Below, one piece after another: positions 49,319 through 59,037 of a stretch of 64,000 nucleotides of DNA; the first letter of the stretch is position 1, and each line of letters starts with the position of its first letter. Origin of the DNA: Candidatus Latescibacterota bacterium (GTDB lineage Bacteria > Latescibacterota > UBA2968 > GCA-2709665); contig CBDDDZ010000004.1 of assembly GCA_965226795.1 (NCBI GenBank), forward strand, positions 64,001 to 128,000. The letters are read 5' to 3'. Made by a program: the position numbers and the translations under genes. The notes beneath the pieces were generated by a model. The model was given only the letters and a program-made list of their open reading frames with translations, was not told the DNA's origin and did not search any database.

Positions 49319-50602
49319 TCAATCGTCCCGCGGCCCCGGCGTCAGTCGCCCATAATACACCTCGTTGCTGTTCTCCAGGGACGCCCCGGTCCAATAACAG
49401 TCCACAAAGGGCAATCGGGCGCCTCCCGCGCGCGTCGTGTTCGTAAAGAAGTGCCACAGCCGAGACGGCATGTCCAGTTGCACGGGTTCACTGATCCGGT
49501 CCCAACCTCCGTCTTCGCCAACTGCGTGCCAGACACCTTCCGCGTTGCCCCGCCCCCCGCGGGTGAGGAAATAGTGAAACCGGCCGTCCGGACCCTGGTA
49601 GACCCGGCCACCGTTGAAGTTGCCCAAACAGAAGTGACTGAACGGTCCGCCGGGACCACCCACCGCGTGGTAGAGCAGGCTGTTTCCCGGCTCCTGGCCC
49701 CTCCCCGCCCATACGGTGGCGGCCGGCTGCAGGTTTTCGTAGTACGTCAGGTGAACCCGCCCCCTCATATCCATCATCAAATCCTGATGATCGGTCGTCC
49801 CCCTGGCCCGGCCGTCGAACGTATCGGACACGTCGCTGATCACCGTCATTCGCCAGTCTTCCGGGGTTCCGAACACATCCGGACAGTAGTAATAGTAAGC
49901 CTTCAGAACAGGGTAGATGCCGCGGGGGGTCTCTACGGACCTGATCTCGCCGGTCTCCTGGTCCCTCAGCTTCACCGTCTGGTTGGGAAACTGCTCGCCC
50001 TCCAGGAAATAGTCGTCGCTGGAAATCGCATGCGCCTCGGATCCGTTGAGGATCACGAAGTTGTATCCCCGGTTCCGTTCGTGTCGCACGCTCCCTGAGG
50101 CCATAGGCCGATAGCCGGTTTCCGGGTCCAGCACGTACCAGGTCATGGTTGCCAGCCCGCCGGCGACAAAGATCCGACCGGCGGCGTCGATCGACGCGCC
50201 GAAGCGGCTGTCGGCCGAGGCGTATTCCTGAATTTTGAACCTTTCAACCTGTCCGGGCGGATCGAAGATGGCGTGGTAACTCGCGTTTGGGCCCGCAATC
50301 ACGTGCAGCCGCCCGGCGCCGTCCACGAGCAGGTTGCCGTTCTGCGGCACGGGAGGCAGCGGAGGGCTGGACTCCCACCGCCCGTCGACCGCACGCCGGA
50401 ACACCACCAGCGTCATATCGTCCCGCCAGCTGAGCGCATAGACGTCCTCGCCCGCCCGGACGATGTTGGACTGATTGTACCCCCAGCAACTCGCGCCGCT
50501 GCCGCCGGTTTGGAGGTACCCCGCCGTGTCCGTAATCATCTCCACCTCGAAACACGGCGTCTCCCGCGGCCCGTAGGTCGCATGGACCCGTTCCGGTTTC
50601 AT
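49319..50602 (-). CDS. Hypothetical beta-rich (BNR/propeller-like) protein
   Basis: GRLHV, GRIFV, GRVHL and GRFHY repeats; ATGA overlap with the upstream gene. Confidence 0.6.
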   Translation of the reverse strand: MKPERVHATYGPRETPCFEVEMITDTAGYLQTGGSGASCWGYNQSNIVRAGEDVYALSWRDDMTLVVFRRAVDGRWESSPPLPPVPQNGNLLVDGAGRLHVIAGPNASYHAIFDPPGQVERFKIQEYASADSRFGASIDAAGRIFVAGGLATMTWYVLDPETGYRPMASGSVRHERNRGYNFVILNGSEAHAISSDDYFLEGEQFPNQTVKLRDQETGEIRSVETPRGIYPVLKAYYYYCPDVFGTPEDWRMTVISDVSDTFDGRARGTTDHQDLMMDMRGRVHLTYYENLQPAATVWAGRGQEPGNSLLYHAVGGPGGPFSHFCLGNFNGGRVYQGPDGRFHYFLTRGGRGNAEGVWHAVGEDGGWDRISEPVQLDMPSRLWHFFTNTTRAGGARLPFVDCYWTGASLENSNEVYYGRLTPGPRDD

Positions 50603-52170
50603 CCGATCCCTCCTTTCGTCGAATTCCTGGCCCTGTGGTAGATCCGCGCCGGGTTCTCCCAGAGAATCCGGCGCTTGAGTTCGTCACTGATATCCGCATA
50701 AAGCACCCGGCCGAGCTGGTACGGAAAATCCATAATGGGAAAGTCCGATCCGTACAATATCCGGTCCGGGGGCATCCGCTCAACCAGCCGCGCGAAACCG
50801 CCCCGAAGAACGGTTGAGCCGGTGGTGTCGTAGTAAAAATTGGAAAACTCCCCGGCGATTTCCAGATAGGGTTCGTGGGCTTCCGGCGGGCTCGCGGCAA
50901 AATGGGCTGCTATATAAGTCAGGTGCGGCATTTCCGCCAGCAACGCCCGGAGCAGGTCGGGGGGCAGCACGCCGTGGGTCAGGATCGGCAGGCGCCGCTC
51001 GTTTGCAACCTCGAACGCGGGGCGGTATTTCGGCGAATCGGGAGGCGTATTGTGAAGCTGGCAGTGGAACTTGATGCCCACGACGCCGGGCTCGTCGAAA
51101 AGACGTTCGAAAGATCCGATGTTGTTCGCGTATTTGCCGGGTGCGTAGCCGGCGTACGCAAAGAGACGGCCGGGGTATTCGGCGGTCGCCTCGATCGCCC
51201 GGGCATTCCCCGAGTCGGGGTCGTTTTCGATTGCACGGATATCGCTGATGACAAAGCGTTCCACGCCCACCTCATCCATACGCCGGACCGTGTCCCCCGC
51301 ATTGTAAACCGGGTAGGGAATCTTGTACCACGGTCCCAGGTGTCCGTGGATGTCCCACACCCGCATCCCGTCCGCCGCGACCGGCCATTCGCGGTCCGTC
51401 GCTTCCCGGGGGGCCTCGAGGCCCAGCAGCAGCCGCGCGTTGTTCCCGGCAATCGCCGCGCGTTGCCCGTCCGTCAGCCGGCTTCCCGCGACCGTCGCAA
51501 TCGGCCCGCCCGCGTCGTACGTCGGCATGCCGCTGCCGAATAAGATCCGCCCGCTTCCAAATCGTTCGCAGATCTCCTCGAGGCAGTTTGCGCTCTGGAT
51601 ATAGGAGGTCTCGAGGTAGAGATTCGGAAACTCATCCCAGAGATGATACATTACCCTGGGGGCGTCTCCACCCTCCCGAAGCAGGATCACGGGCAGACGC
51701 GGGTACGCCTCGCATAGATCGAATATTTCGTCCCAGGGAGACATGTCGGACCAGTGGCGCCTTTCCAGATCCAGAATCAGGGGAATCGACGCCTCCGCCA
51801 GCGCCGCCAGTAAGGGGCCCAGGATACGGCGGCTCACCGGAAAGAGATGCTGGCCTGGCAGCAGCCGGGCGGCGCGGACGCCGTGCTCCCGCATCTGGCG
51901 GACGATTTCATCAGGAGCGGGCAACTCGGGGGTACCCGGCGGCAGCAGCAGCCAGCAGGGATGCAGCCGGTCGCGGTGACCGCCGAGTTGCTCGAACAGC
52001 CGCCAGTTTCCCTCCCGTGGATGACCGTACCGCGCGTGGCTGGAGTATACGAGCGCCTCGGCGATCTGCAGCCGATCCAATTCCCGAAGCAAATCGTCGG
52101 CATTCCGGAAAGCCGGTTCGGCGGCGTCGGACGTGGGCCCGAGCATCACATTCATGTCCAGCAGGTCCAT
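50599..52170 (-). CDS. Tandem two-domain amidohydrolase family protein
   Basis: Domain 2 has WDIHGH, IKFH, AAHF and YGSDFP; domain 1 ends LFGSGMP. Confidence 0.85.
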   Translation of the reverse strand: MDLLDMNVMLGPTSDAAEPAFRNADDLLRELDRLQIAEALVYSSHARYGHPREGNWRLFEQLGGHRDRLHPCWLLLPPGTPELPAPDEIVRQMREHGVRAARLLPGQHLFPVSRRILGPLLAALAEASIPLILDLERRHWSDMSPWDEIFDLCEAYPRLPVILLREGGDAPRVMYHLWDEFPNLYLETSYIQSANCLEEICERFGSGRILFGSGMPTYDAGGPIATVAGSRLTDGQRAAIAGNNARLLLGLEAPREATDREWPVAADGMRVWDIHGHLGPWYKIPYPVYNAGDTVRRMDEVGVERFVISDIRAIENDPDSGNARAIEATAEYPGRLFAYAGYAPGKYANNIGSFERLFDEPGVVGIKFHCQLHNTPPDSPKYRPAFEVANERRLPILTHGVLPPDLLRALLAEMPHLTYIAAHFAASPPEAHEPYLEIAGEFSNFYYDTTGSTVLRGGFARLVERMPPDRILYGSDFPIMDFPYQLGRVLYADISDELKRRILWENPARIYHRARNSTKGGIG

Positions 52171-52220
52171 TCCCCCTCCGATCGGTTACTGCAATGCCTT
52201 AGGCTGGCCGCGGCAGAAGC

Positions 52221-53174
52221 CTACGCCCCCTCGGTGAGAAAACAAGCGGCTTGATGTCCCGGCTCGATCTGCTTCAGCTCCGGTGACTCCTCGCTGCACC
52301 GGGCCATCCGGTACGGGCACCGCGGGTGGAACGCGCATCCCGATGGGGGATCGATGGGACTGGGTACCTCCCCCTCGAGGATGATCCGCTGCTCCCTCGC
52401 GTCCGGGTCGAGACGCGGCGCGGAGGCGAGCAGAATCTGTGTATACGGATGGCGCGGCCGCCCGTACAGCGTTTGCGTGCGCCCGACCTCCACCAGCTTT
52501 CCCAGGTACATCACACCCACCACGTCCGACAGGTGCTCCACGACTTTCAAATCGTGCGAAATGAAGAGGTAGGCCAGGCCGAAGCGATCCTGCAGGGATT
52601 CCAGCAGATTCAGAATCTGTGCCTGGATGGACAGATCCAGCGAGGAGACGGGCTCGTCGCAGACCACGAATTGCGGTTTCAACGCCAGGGCCCGGGCGAT
52701 TGCCACGCGCTGCTGCTGCCCGCCGGAGAACTCGTGGGGAAACGCGTCCGCGAACCGTCGTCCCACGCCCACCAGGTCCAGCAGCCGACCCACCTCCTCC
52801 TCTCGCTCCCGCCTGGTCCCAACCCTGTGTATCGACAGGCCGTCCCCCACAATGGCGCCCACGCTCATCATCGGGTTCAGCGACGACAGCGGGTCCTGAA
52901 AGACAATCTGCATTTTCCGCCGGAGCGCGCGCATTTCCCGGCCGGAGAGCGCACACACATCCCTTCCTTCGAAATGCACCCGTCCGGCGGTGGGCTCGTG
53001 CAGCCGGAGGATTGCGCGGGCGAGGGTCGACTTGCCGCTGCCACTCTCTCCGACCAGGCCGAAGGTTTGGTTACGGTGGATCTGAAACGTCACTCCGTCC
53101 ACTGCCTTCACCACGTCCCGGCCCGGATAGAAATGCATTTTCAGGTCCACAACCCGCAACAACGGTTCTGACAT
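52221..53174 (-). CDS. oppF: Oligopeptide ABC transporter ATPase, OppF-like
   Basis: GESGSGKS, FSGGQQQR, DEPVSSLD and GCAFHPRC motifs. Confidence 0.93.
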   Translation of the reverse strand: MSEPLLRVVDLKMHFYPGRDVVKAVDGVTFQIHRNQTFGLVGESGSGKSTLARAILRLHEPTAGRVHFEGRDVCALSGREMRALRRKMQIVFQDPLSSLNPMMSVGAIVGDGLSIHRVGTRREREEEVGRLLDLVGVGRRFADAFPHEFSGGQQQRVAIARALALKPQFVVCDEPVSSLDLSIQAQILNLLESLQDRFGLAYLFISHDLKVVEHLSDVVGVMYLGKLVEVGRTQTLYGRPRHPYTQILLASAPRLDPDAREQRIILEGEVPSPIDPPSGCAFHPRCPYRMARCSEESPELKQIEPGHQAACFLTEGA

Positions 53175-53524
53175 ACCTGCACCCTTGAATGCATCTTCGT
53201 TCAACGACAACGATCCTGAAAAGGTGTTGAAACCCAAATGGGCGCAACGTATATTGGATCTGCAACGTCGCGTTTTGCAAAGCGATGTCCGGCGCGCGCA
53301 AGCGGGTACCCGCACCGCGGGAGTTGCGTGTCCTGGAGGTCTTTCCGGTTCCTGGAGGATTCCCCCCCGGCGGACTTGCCACTTGGCCGAAAAGTAGGCC
53401 CGGGCCCCCGCAAACGCAAGCGCAATCAGGACGCAGGTCCATAAAGGACGCGCGATAGGCGCCGACCCGCGGGAGAAGATTCGGGGGGACCCGCGCCATT
53501 GACTGATACCGAAAGGATGATCCC

Positions 53525-55855
53525 ATGGCCGTAGACATCACGCTTGCAAACGAAATTCGGGTACCTCGTCCGGGGGAGTGGCTATGCAGGGGAATACCGT
53601 TTCCTGAGGGGGTGCTGGCGGATACCGAAGGGCTGACCCTGAAGGAGGAAACTGGCCGCGCGCTGCCGCTGGGGTCGGAAGTACTGGCCCGCTGGGCCGA
53701 TGGGTCGGTAAAGTGGGCGCTGCTTCAGTTTCCGGCGGACTTTGACCACAACGGAAGGAAGAACTATTCGCTGAACTGGGCGGGGGACAAGCCGGAACCC
53801 GACGCCGGTCCCCGGATTACGACGTCGAAGACCGCTGCCGGATTGGAGGTGGACAACGGCGTCCTGCGCTTCCTCCTGCCCGGTTCGGGGCAGGCGTTCC
53901 TGGCCGGGTGCAACCGGAACAACACGGAGTGTATCCGGTCGGTCACCGCCGAGGTCGAGGACGAGACGGGCGTCAGCATATCGTCAAGCCGCCTCGAGGG
54001 AGAGGCCCGCATCGAGCGATTCACCGGGAAAATGCTGGTGGTGAGCCGGCGCGGCGCCCATCGGGACGAGGCCGGGCGCAAGCTGTTTTCGCTTGTCTTT
54101 CGGGTCACGGTATTCGCAGGCGCGGAGGACCTCGAGGTGGAGTACAAGTTCATCCACGACGAGCCCTACAGGGATGTCCCGGAACGGCTGAAACGCGCCC
54201 AGGGCATTGGCACGCCCAGCGTGGATCTGGATAGTCCCAGGCTGCGGTCGCTGCGTGCAGTTCGTCTGATTGTCTCACACGCCATTGACGGGGTTGAGGA
54301 GTACGCAACCTGTCCATTCGCCACCGTGGGGAACCAGGGTCTGATAACGTCGGCTCGGCCGCTCAGGGGTTTATTGACCGACGCCCCGCGGACGGCCCTG
54401 TACGACGCCCAGATCGACGCCGACGTGTACGAGGGCGAGACACCGGCTGGCCGGTCTCACGGATGGATTTCCGCGGGGGACGGCAGAGGCGGGGTCGCTG
54501 CATCGGTCCGGAAGTTCGTCCAGCAGTGGCCCAAGGGCTTTTCCGCGGACGCCAGCAGAATCGTACTGGATCTCTGGCCCGACGCGGCGGGGCCGCTGGC
54601 GATTTTCCAGGGACAGGCCAAGTCTCACCAGGTGAAACTGCGCACGTATAACGGCTGCGCGGCGGAGGCGGGGCTTCCGGACTGGCACTTTGCGTATCAA
54701 TTTCCCATTGTGTTCTCTTCTCCGGACTGGTTTATCGATTCCGGCGCAATAGGACCCGTGTTCCGCTACCAGCCCGGGAAATACAGGGGTATCGAGCAGA
54801 AGTTCCGGCTGGAGTTCGAGCAATTTCTGGGATACGACCGGCGGCTGGGGATGTTGGACTACGGCGACCACGAGCAACTGATGAGCGCATCCTGGGGACG
54901 CGTGGACTTTATGGCCAACTGCGAGCACGATTTCGGCCAGACCGTGTACCTCCAGTTCGTGCGCACCGGAAGTTACCTCTATCTCGACGCTTTCGAAGCC
55001 GCCGTCCGCCATGTGATGGACCTGGACATTATCCACTTCGACGATCACTTCGACGAACTGGGCGGATGGACCGCCCATGGCGCCTACCACGTTGGGGCGG
55101 ACGGGAAGCCCAACTGCCACCTCTCGCACATGTGGGCCGAGGGCTTTCTCTCTTACTACTACTATTCCGGATATGCGCCGGCACTGGAATCCGCTCGCGG
55201 CGTGGCGGACCTGATCTGCAGAAAGGTGGCGGCGGGGGACGGGCGGCGGGGCGCGCGGGACCGGGGATGGCCGTTGATCGCGCTTTGCAGCGTCTATCGG
55301 GCGACAGGGGAAACGCGGTACGCAGAGGCCGCGGAGAGGATTGCGGCTTCTTTTTCAGAGGGACCGGATCCGCTGGAACCCAACGGCGGCTGCAGCGGCG
55401 GATGGGGCCCGATCCCGTACCAGCAGGCGGTGATGGGCAGCATTGCCGCGACCGGGCTGGCGTACCATTTTCAGACCTTCGGGAATTCCCTCAGCAGGGA
55501 CTCGTTCCTGAAATTGTGCGACTTTCTGGCAAGCGAGGACGTTCGCACGCCGGAAGGGCTCTACCTGTCCATGCCCGGCAATGAGACGCCGATGAGTTAC
55601 ATTGGTTTCTCGGCACTCCGGGAAAGCATCGGCTACGCATGGGAACTCACCGGCGACGAGAAGTACGTTCACGCCGGCCTGCGGGACATCGAAATGAACA
55701 TGATATCCAACTTCCCGTCCGTCGGGCATTTCGACAAGACGAGATTCGGTTACGAGGTCATCCGCGCCACTGGCGATTCCATCAGCGTCATCTGGCGCGA
55801 TCTGCTTCGATTTTTCGACTACGCGGACCGGGCGGGGCTGCTGCGGGATTTCTGA
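53525..55855 (+). CDS. Putative carbohydrate-active protein, exo-rhamnogalacturonan lyase (PcRGLX)-like
   Basis: GIPFPEG..RWADGSVKW N-terminal barrel; GMLDYGD, HVMDLD, SHMWAEG and RDRGWPL motifs. Confidence 0.65.
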   Translation: MAVDITLANEIRVPRPGEWLCRGIPFPEGVLADTEGLTLKEETGRALPLGSEVLARWADGSVKWALLQFPADFDHNGRKNYSLNWAGDKPEPDAGPRITTSKTAAGLEVDNGVLRFLLPGSGQAFLAGCNRNNTECIRSVTAEVEDETGVSISSSRLEGEARIERFTGKMLVVSRRGAHRDEAGRKLFSLVFRVTVFAGAEDLEVEYKFIHDEPYRDVPERLKRAQGIGTPSVDLDSPRLRSLRAVRLIVSHAIDGVEEYATCPFATVGNQGLITSARPLRGLLTDAPRTALYDAQIDADVYEGETPAGRSHGWISAGDGRGGVAASVRKFVQQWPKGFSADASRIVLDLWPDAAGPLAIFQGQAKSHQVKLRTYNGCAAEAGLPDWHFAYQFPIVFSSPDWFIDSGAIGPVFRYQPGKYRGIEQKFRLEFEQFLGYDRRLGMLDYGDHEQLMSASWGRVDFMANCEHDFGQTVYLQFVRTGSYLYLDAFEAAVRHVMDLDIIHFDDHFDELGGWTAHGAYHVGADGKPNCHLSHMWAEGFLSYYYYSGYAPALESARGVADLICRKVAAGDGRRGARDRGWPLIALCSVYRATGETRYAEAAERIAASFSEGPDPLEPNGGCSGGWGPIPYQQAVMGSIAATGLAYHFQTFGNSLSRDSFLKLCDFLASEDVRTPEGLYLSMPGNETPMSYIGFSALRESIGYAWELTGDEKYVHAGLRDIEMNMISNFPSVGHFDKTRFGYEVIRATGDSISVIWRDLLRFFDYADRAGLLRDF

Positions 55856-55872
55856 CTTCACCGGCCCCGTCC

Positions 55873-56829
55873 TCACGTTTCGAGATGCCAGCAGAAGACG
55901 GTGTGATCGTCCGACAACAGGGTCATTTCGGGGTCCTCTTCCCGGCACAGGTCCGTCGCACGGGGACAGCGCGGGTGGAATCGGCATCCCGACGGCGGAC
56001 GGGTCATGTCGGGAGGCTGCCCGGGGATGGTATCCAGCCGCCCGCGGACCATCTTCGCGTTTTCCAGTAACCCGATGGAGTACGGGTGCCGCGGGGCATT
56101 CAGGAAGACGCGCGTGGGCGCAATTTCGGCCACTCTTCCCGCGTACATCACGACGATGCGGTCGCTGAACTCAACGGCCAGACCGAAATCGTGGGTGATC
56201 AGGACGGTGGACATGCCGTACGCGGCCTTCATCCGGTTCATCAGATCCATGATCTGCGCCTGAGTCGTAACGTCCAGTGCCGTCGTGGGCTCGTCTGCGA
56301 TCATCAGCTTCGGCTCGCAGCTCAACGCCATCGCAATCATCACCCGCTGCTTCATCCCCCCCGACAGTTCGAAAGGGTAGTTCCGGTAGCGCGACGACGG
56401 TGCGGGAATACCCACCTCTTCCAGCAGCGAGACCGCGCGCTCGAAGGCCCGCTTTCGGTCGGCGCGGCCGTGCCACAGAATAGGTTCCGCAATCTGTGGG
56501 CCGCTGCGCATCGTGGGGTTGAGGGAAGTCTGGGGGTTCTGAAAAACAAACCCGATGTCGTTGCCCCGCACTTCCTGAAGCGCCTTTTCGTCCAGTTCCA
56601 GAAGGTTCCGACCCTCGAAGAACACCCTCCCGGCTTCGATCTTTCCACGCCCCCCGACGAGTTTTACAACGGACAGCATGCTCACGCTCTTGCCGCAGCC
56701 GCTTTCCCCCACAATTCCCACGCTCTCCCGCCTCCGGACCACGTACGAGATCCCGTCCACCGCTCGCACCACGCCATCCCGGCGGTAGAAATATGTCGTG
56801 AGATTCCGGATATCGAGGAGAATGGACAA
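55873..56829 (-). CDS. oppD: Oligopeptide ABC transporter ATPase, OppD-like
   Basis: GESGCGKS, LSGGMKQR and DEPTTALD motifs; TTG start with GAGG RBS. Confidence 0.93.
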   Translation of the reverse strand: MSILLDIRNLTTYFYRRDGVVRAVDGISYVVRRRESVGIVGESGCGKSVSMLSVVKLVGGRGKIEAGRVFFEGRNLLELDEKALQEVRGNDIGFVFQNPQTSLNPTMRSGPQIAEPILWHGRADRKRAFERAVSLLEEVGIPAPSSRYRNYPFELSGGMKQRVMIAMALSCEPKLMIADEPTTALDVTTQAQIMDLMNRMKAAYGMSTVLITHDFGLAVEFSDRIVVMYAGRVAEIAPTRVFLNAPRHPYSIGLLENAKMVRGRLDTIPGQPPDMTRPPSGCRFHPRCPRATDLCREEDPEMTLLSDDHTVFCWHLET

Positions 56830-56856
56830 GGGTGATCCTCGCAAAGGCAGATGGGC

Positions 56857-57777
56857 TTATTCCCTTGGATTGAACGCGTCGTTCAATCCGTCGCCCAGAT
56901 ACGTGAAGGAAAGCAGCGCAACCGCAAACGTGGCGGCCGGCCATGTCAGCTGGTAGGGAAACGCCCTGAAATTCAGGCTCCCCACCTGGATCAGGACCCC
57001 CCAGCTCGGCCTGGGGGGCATCACCCCCAGTCCGAGCAGACTCAACGCCGACTCGGTCATCATCAACCCGGGAACCATGAACGCGATGGCGACAATAAGC
57101 GGGCCGAAGGAATTCGGCAGAACGTAACGCCGGATCACGTATGGATGGGTTGCTCCGAGAGCCCGCGCCGACTCCACGTATTCAAGGTTTTTAATGGATA
57201 ACACCTGCGCGCGCATCAGCCGGGCGAACCCCACCCAGCCGGTGGCCGCGATGGCGATGAAAATCGTAAAGATGCCCCTGCCGAGGACCGACACCAGGAT
57301 GATGCTGAACAGAAACGCGGGGAACGCGTACATCACGTCCGTCAGCCGCATCAGGGCATTGTCGACGGCGCCGCCCGCGTACCCCGCGACGGCGCCGATC
57401 AGGCCTCCGATAGCCACCGAAATCACCGTAGCGCCGAATGCAACAGCCAGCGCCGTCTGAAGGCTGAAAATCAGGCGGCTGAAGATATCCCGCCCCACCT
57501 CGTCGGTCCCCGCGATGTGCCGCCAGGACGGGGGCTGGTACGTTTTGTCCAGGTCGATCTGGTTATACCCGTACGGTGCGATGTACCCGGCCAGGACCGC
57601 GACCAGAAACATCAGAATAACGAATCCCAGGCTCAGCAGGGCAAGCCGATTCGCTGCGAATCGTTGCCAGACGGCACCCCAATACGAGATGCTCGCCGGT
57701 TGGCGCGACGGCGCTTCCGCTCCGATTTGCGTAGGCCCGTCAGGATCCGGCGCAGCCACACCCTGTCTCCTTTCCAC
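56857..57777 (-). CDS. oppC: Oligopeptide ABC permease, OppC-like
   Basis: GTDEVGRDIFSR, EYVESARALGA and GDGLNDAFNPR motifs. Confidence 0.93.
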   Translation of the reverse strand: MERRQGVAAPDPDGPTQIGAEAPSRQPASISYWGAVWQRFAANRLALLSLGFVILMFLVAVLAGYIAPYGYNQIDLDKTYQPPSWRHIAGTDEVGRDIFSRLIFSLQTALAVAFGATVISVAIGGLIGAVAGYAGGAVDNALMRLTDVMYAFPAFLFSIILVSVLGRGIFTIFIAIAATGWVGFARLMRAQVLSIKNLEYVESARALGATHPYVIRRYVLPNSFGPLIVAIAFMVPGLMMTESALSLLGLGVMPPRPSWGVLIQVGSLNFRAFPYQLTWPAATFAVALLSFTYLGDGLNDAFNPRE

Positions 57778-57781
57778 AACG

Positions 57782-58759
57782 TCATCCCCTTTTTTGACGG
57801 TAACTCGCCCGTATACGAGGATCGATCAGCGCGTACCCGATATCCACCAGCAGATTCATCAGCATAATCAGAAATCCGAAAAAGAGTGTGGATGTGATGA
57901 TCATCGGGTAGTCCCGGGTCCCCGCGGCGGCCACGAACAGCTTGCCCAGGCCTGGAATATTGAAAATCTCCTCGATAAACGCGGTGCTCACCATCAGGTT
58001 GGCGAACTGCGGACCGGTAATGGTCAGCAGGGGGATGAGTGAGTTCCGCAATGCATGGAGAAAGACCGCCTTGTTCCGGTCGCCCCCTTTGGAGAAGACA
58101 GTGCGGACGTAGTCTTCGCCCATTTCCTTGATCAGACTTACCCTGACGTACCGGGCGATGCCCGCAACGGGCTGAAAAACCATCGCCAACACAGGAAGCA
58201 CCGCGTACTCCCATGTCCCCCATCCCGACGTTGGAAACAACTGAAGCGTCACGGCGAAGAAGACGATCACCAGCAGGGCGATGACGTAGGACGGGATGCA
58301 GATGCCCAGCATGGAAACGAACATGGTGGCGCGGTCTATCCACGTATTTCGGTACAGCGCCGCCCCGATGCCCATGGGAATGCCGATCAGGAGGGCCAAT
58401 AGCATCGGAGAGAAGGCCAGGACGAACGTCCGCGGGAAGGCCCGTGTCATCATCTCCTCGATGGTGGTATCCGGGTAGCGGAACGACGGTCCGAAGTCCA
58501 GCGCGACCGCGTGTCGCAGATAGATGAGAATTTGCTTCCACACGGGCGTATTCTCCCCGTAGCGCTCCTCCCACAACATGAGCGTCTGGCTTTTCTCCTC
58601 GAACTGACTCAGCCGGCTGCCCGTTACCTGCTGGTTCATCAGCCGTTCGATATTGAAAAAATCGCCTGGCGCGGCGTGCATCAGATAGAACGTGATGACG
58701 AGAATCGCAATCAGACTCGCGACGATTTGACCGATGCGGCGAAAAACGAACATCACCAT
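57782..58759 (-). CDS. oppB: Oligopeptide ABC permease, OppB-like
   Basis: LDFGPSF, EDYVRT, HALRNSLIP and ALIDPRIR motifs. Confidence 0.93.
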   Translation of the reverse strand: MVMFVFRRIGQIVASLIAILVITFYLMHAAPGDFFNIERLMNQQVTGSRLSQFEEKSQTLMLWEERYGENTPVWKQILIYLRHAVALDFGPSFRYPDTTIEEMMTRAFPRTFVLAFSPMLLALLIGIPMGIGAALYRNTWIDRATMFVSMLGICIPSYVIALLVIVFFAVTLQLFPTSGWGTWEYAVLPVLAMVFQPVAGIARYVRVSLIKEMGEDYVRTVFSKGGDRNKAVFLHALRNSLIPLLTITGPQFANLMVSTAFIEEIFNIPGLGKLFVAAAGTRDYPMIITSTLFFGFLIMLMNLLVDIGYALIDPRIRASYRQKRG

Positions 58760-59037
58760 AACGACTCTCCGACCCGGGACTGCGTCCGATTACGACTGTA
58801 CCGTCAGATGCCGATCGAACCACGCGAGGGCATCCCGCTGAATGTCCGCGTCGTATCAGTGAGGCTTTCGGGGATTTTTGCGAGAGAACCTGCGGGGACA
58901 ACCGGCCCATTGGTATCCCGGCCGGATCTGCCGCGCCGCCTCATGCCTTTCCCTCCGGAGGAAACCGTTCATCCTCGCTGGTACTGACAACCATACTTAC
59001 ATTCGGGGCAGCCATAATGGTCTGGCCCGAAGCGCAC

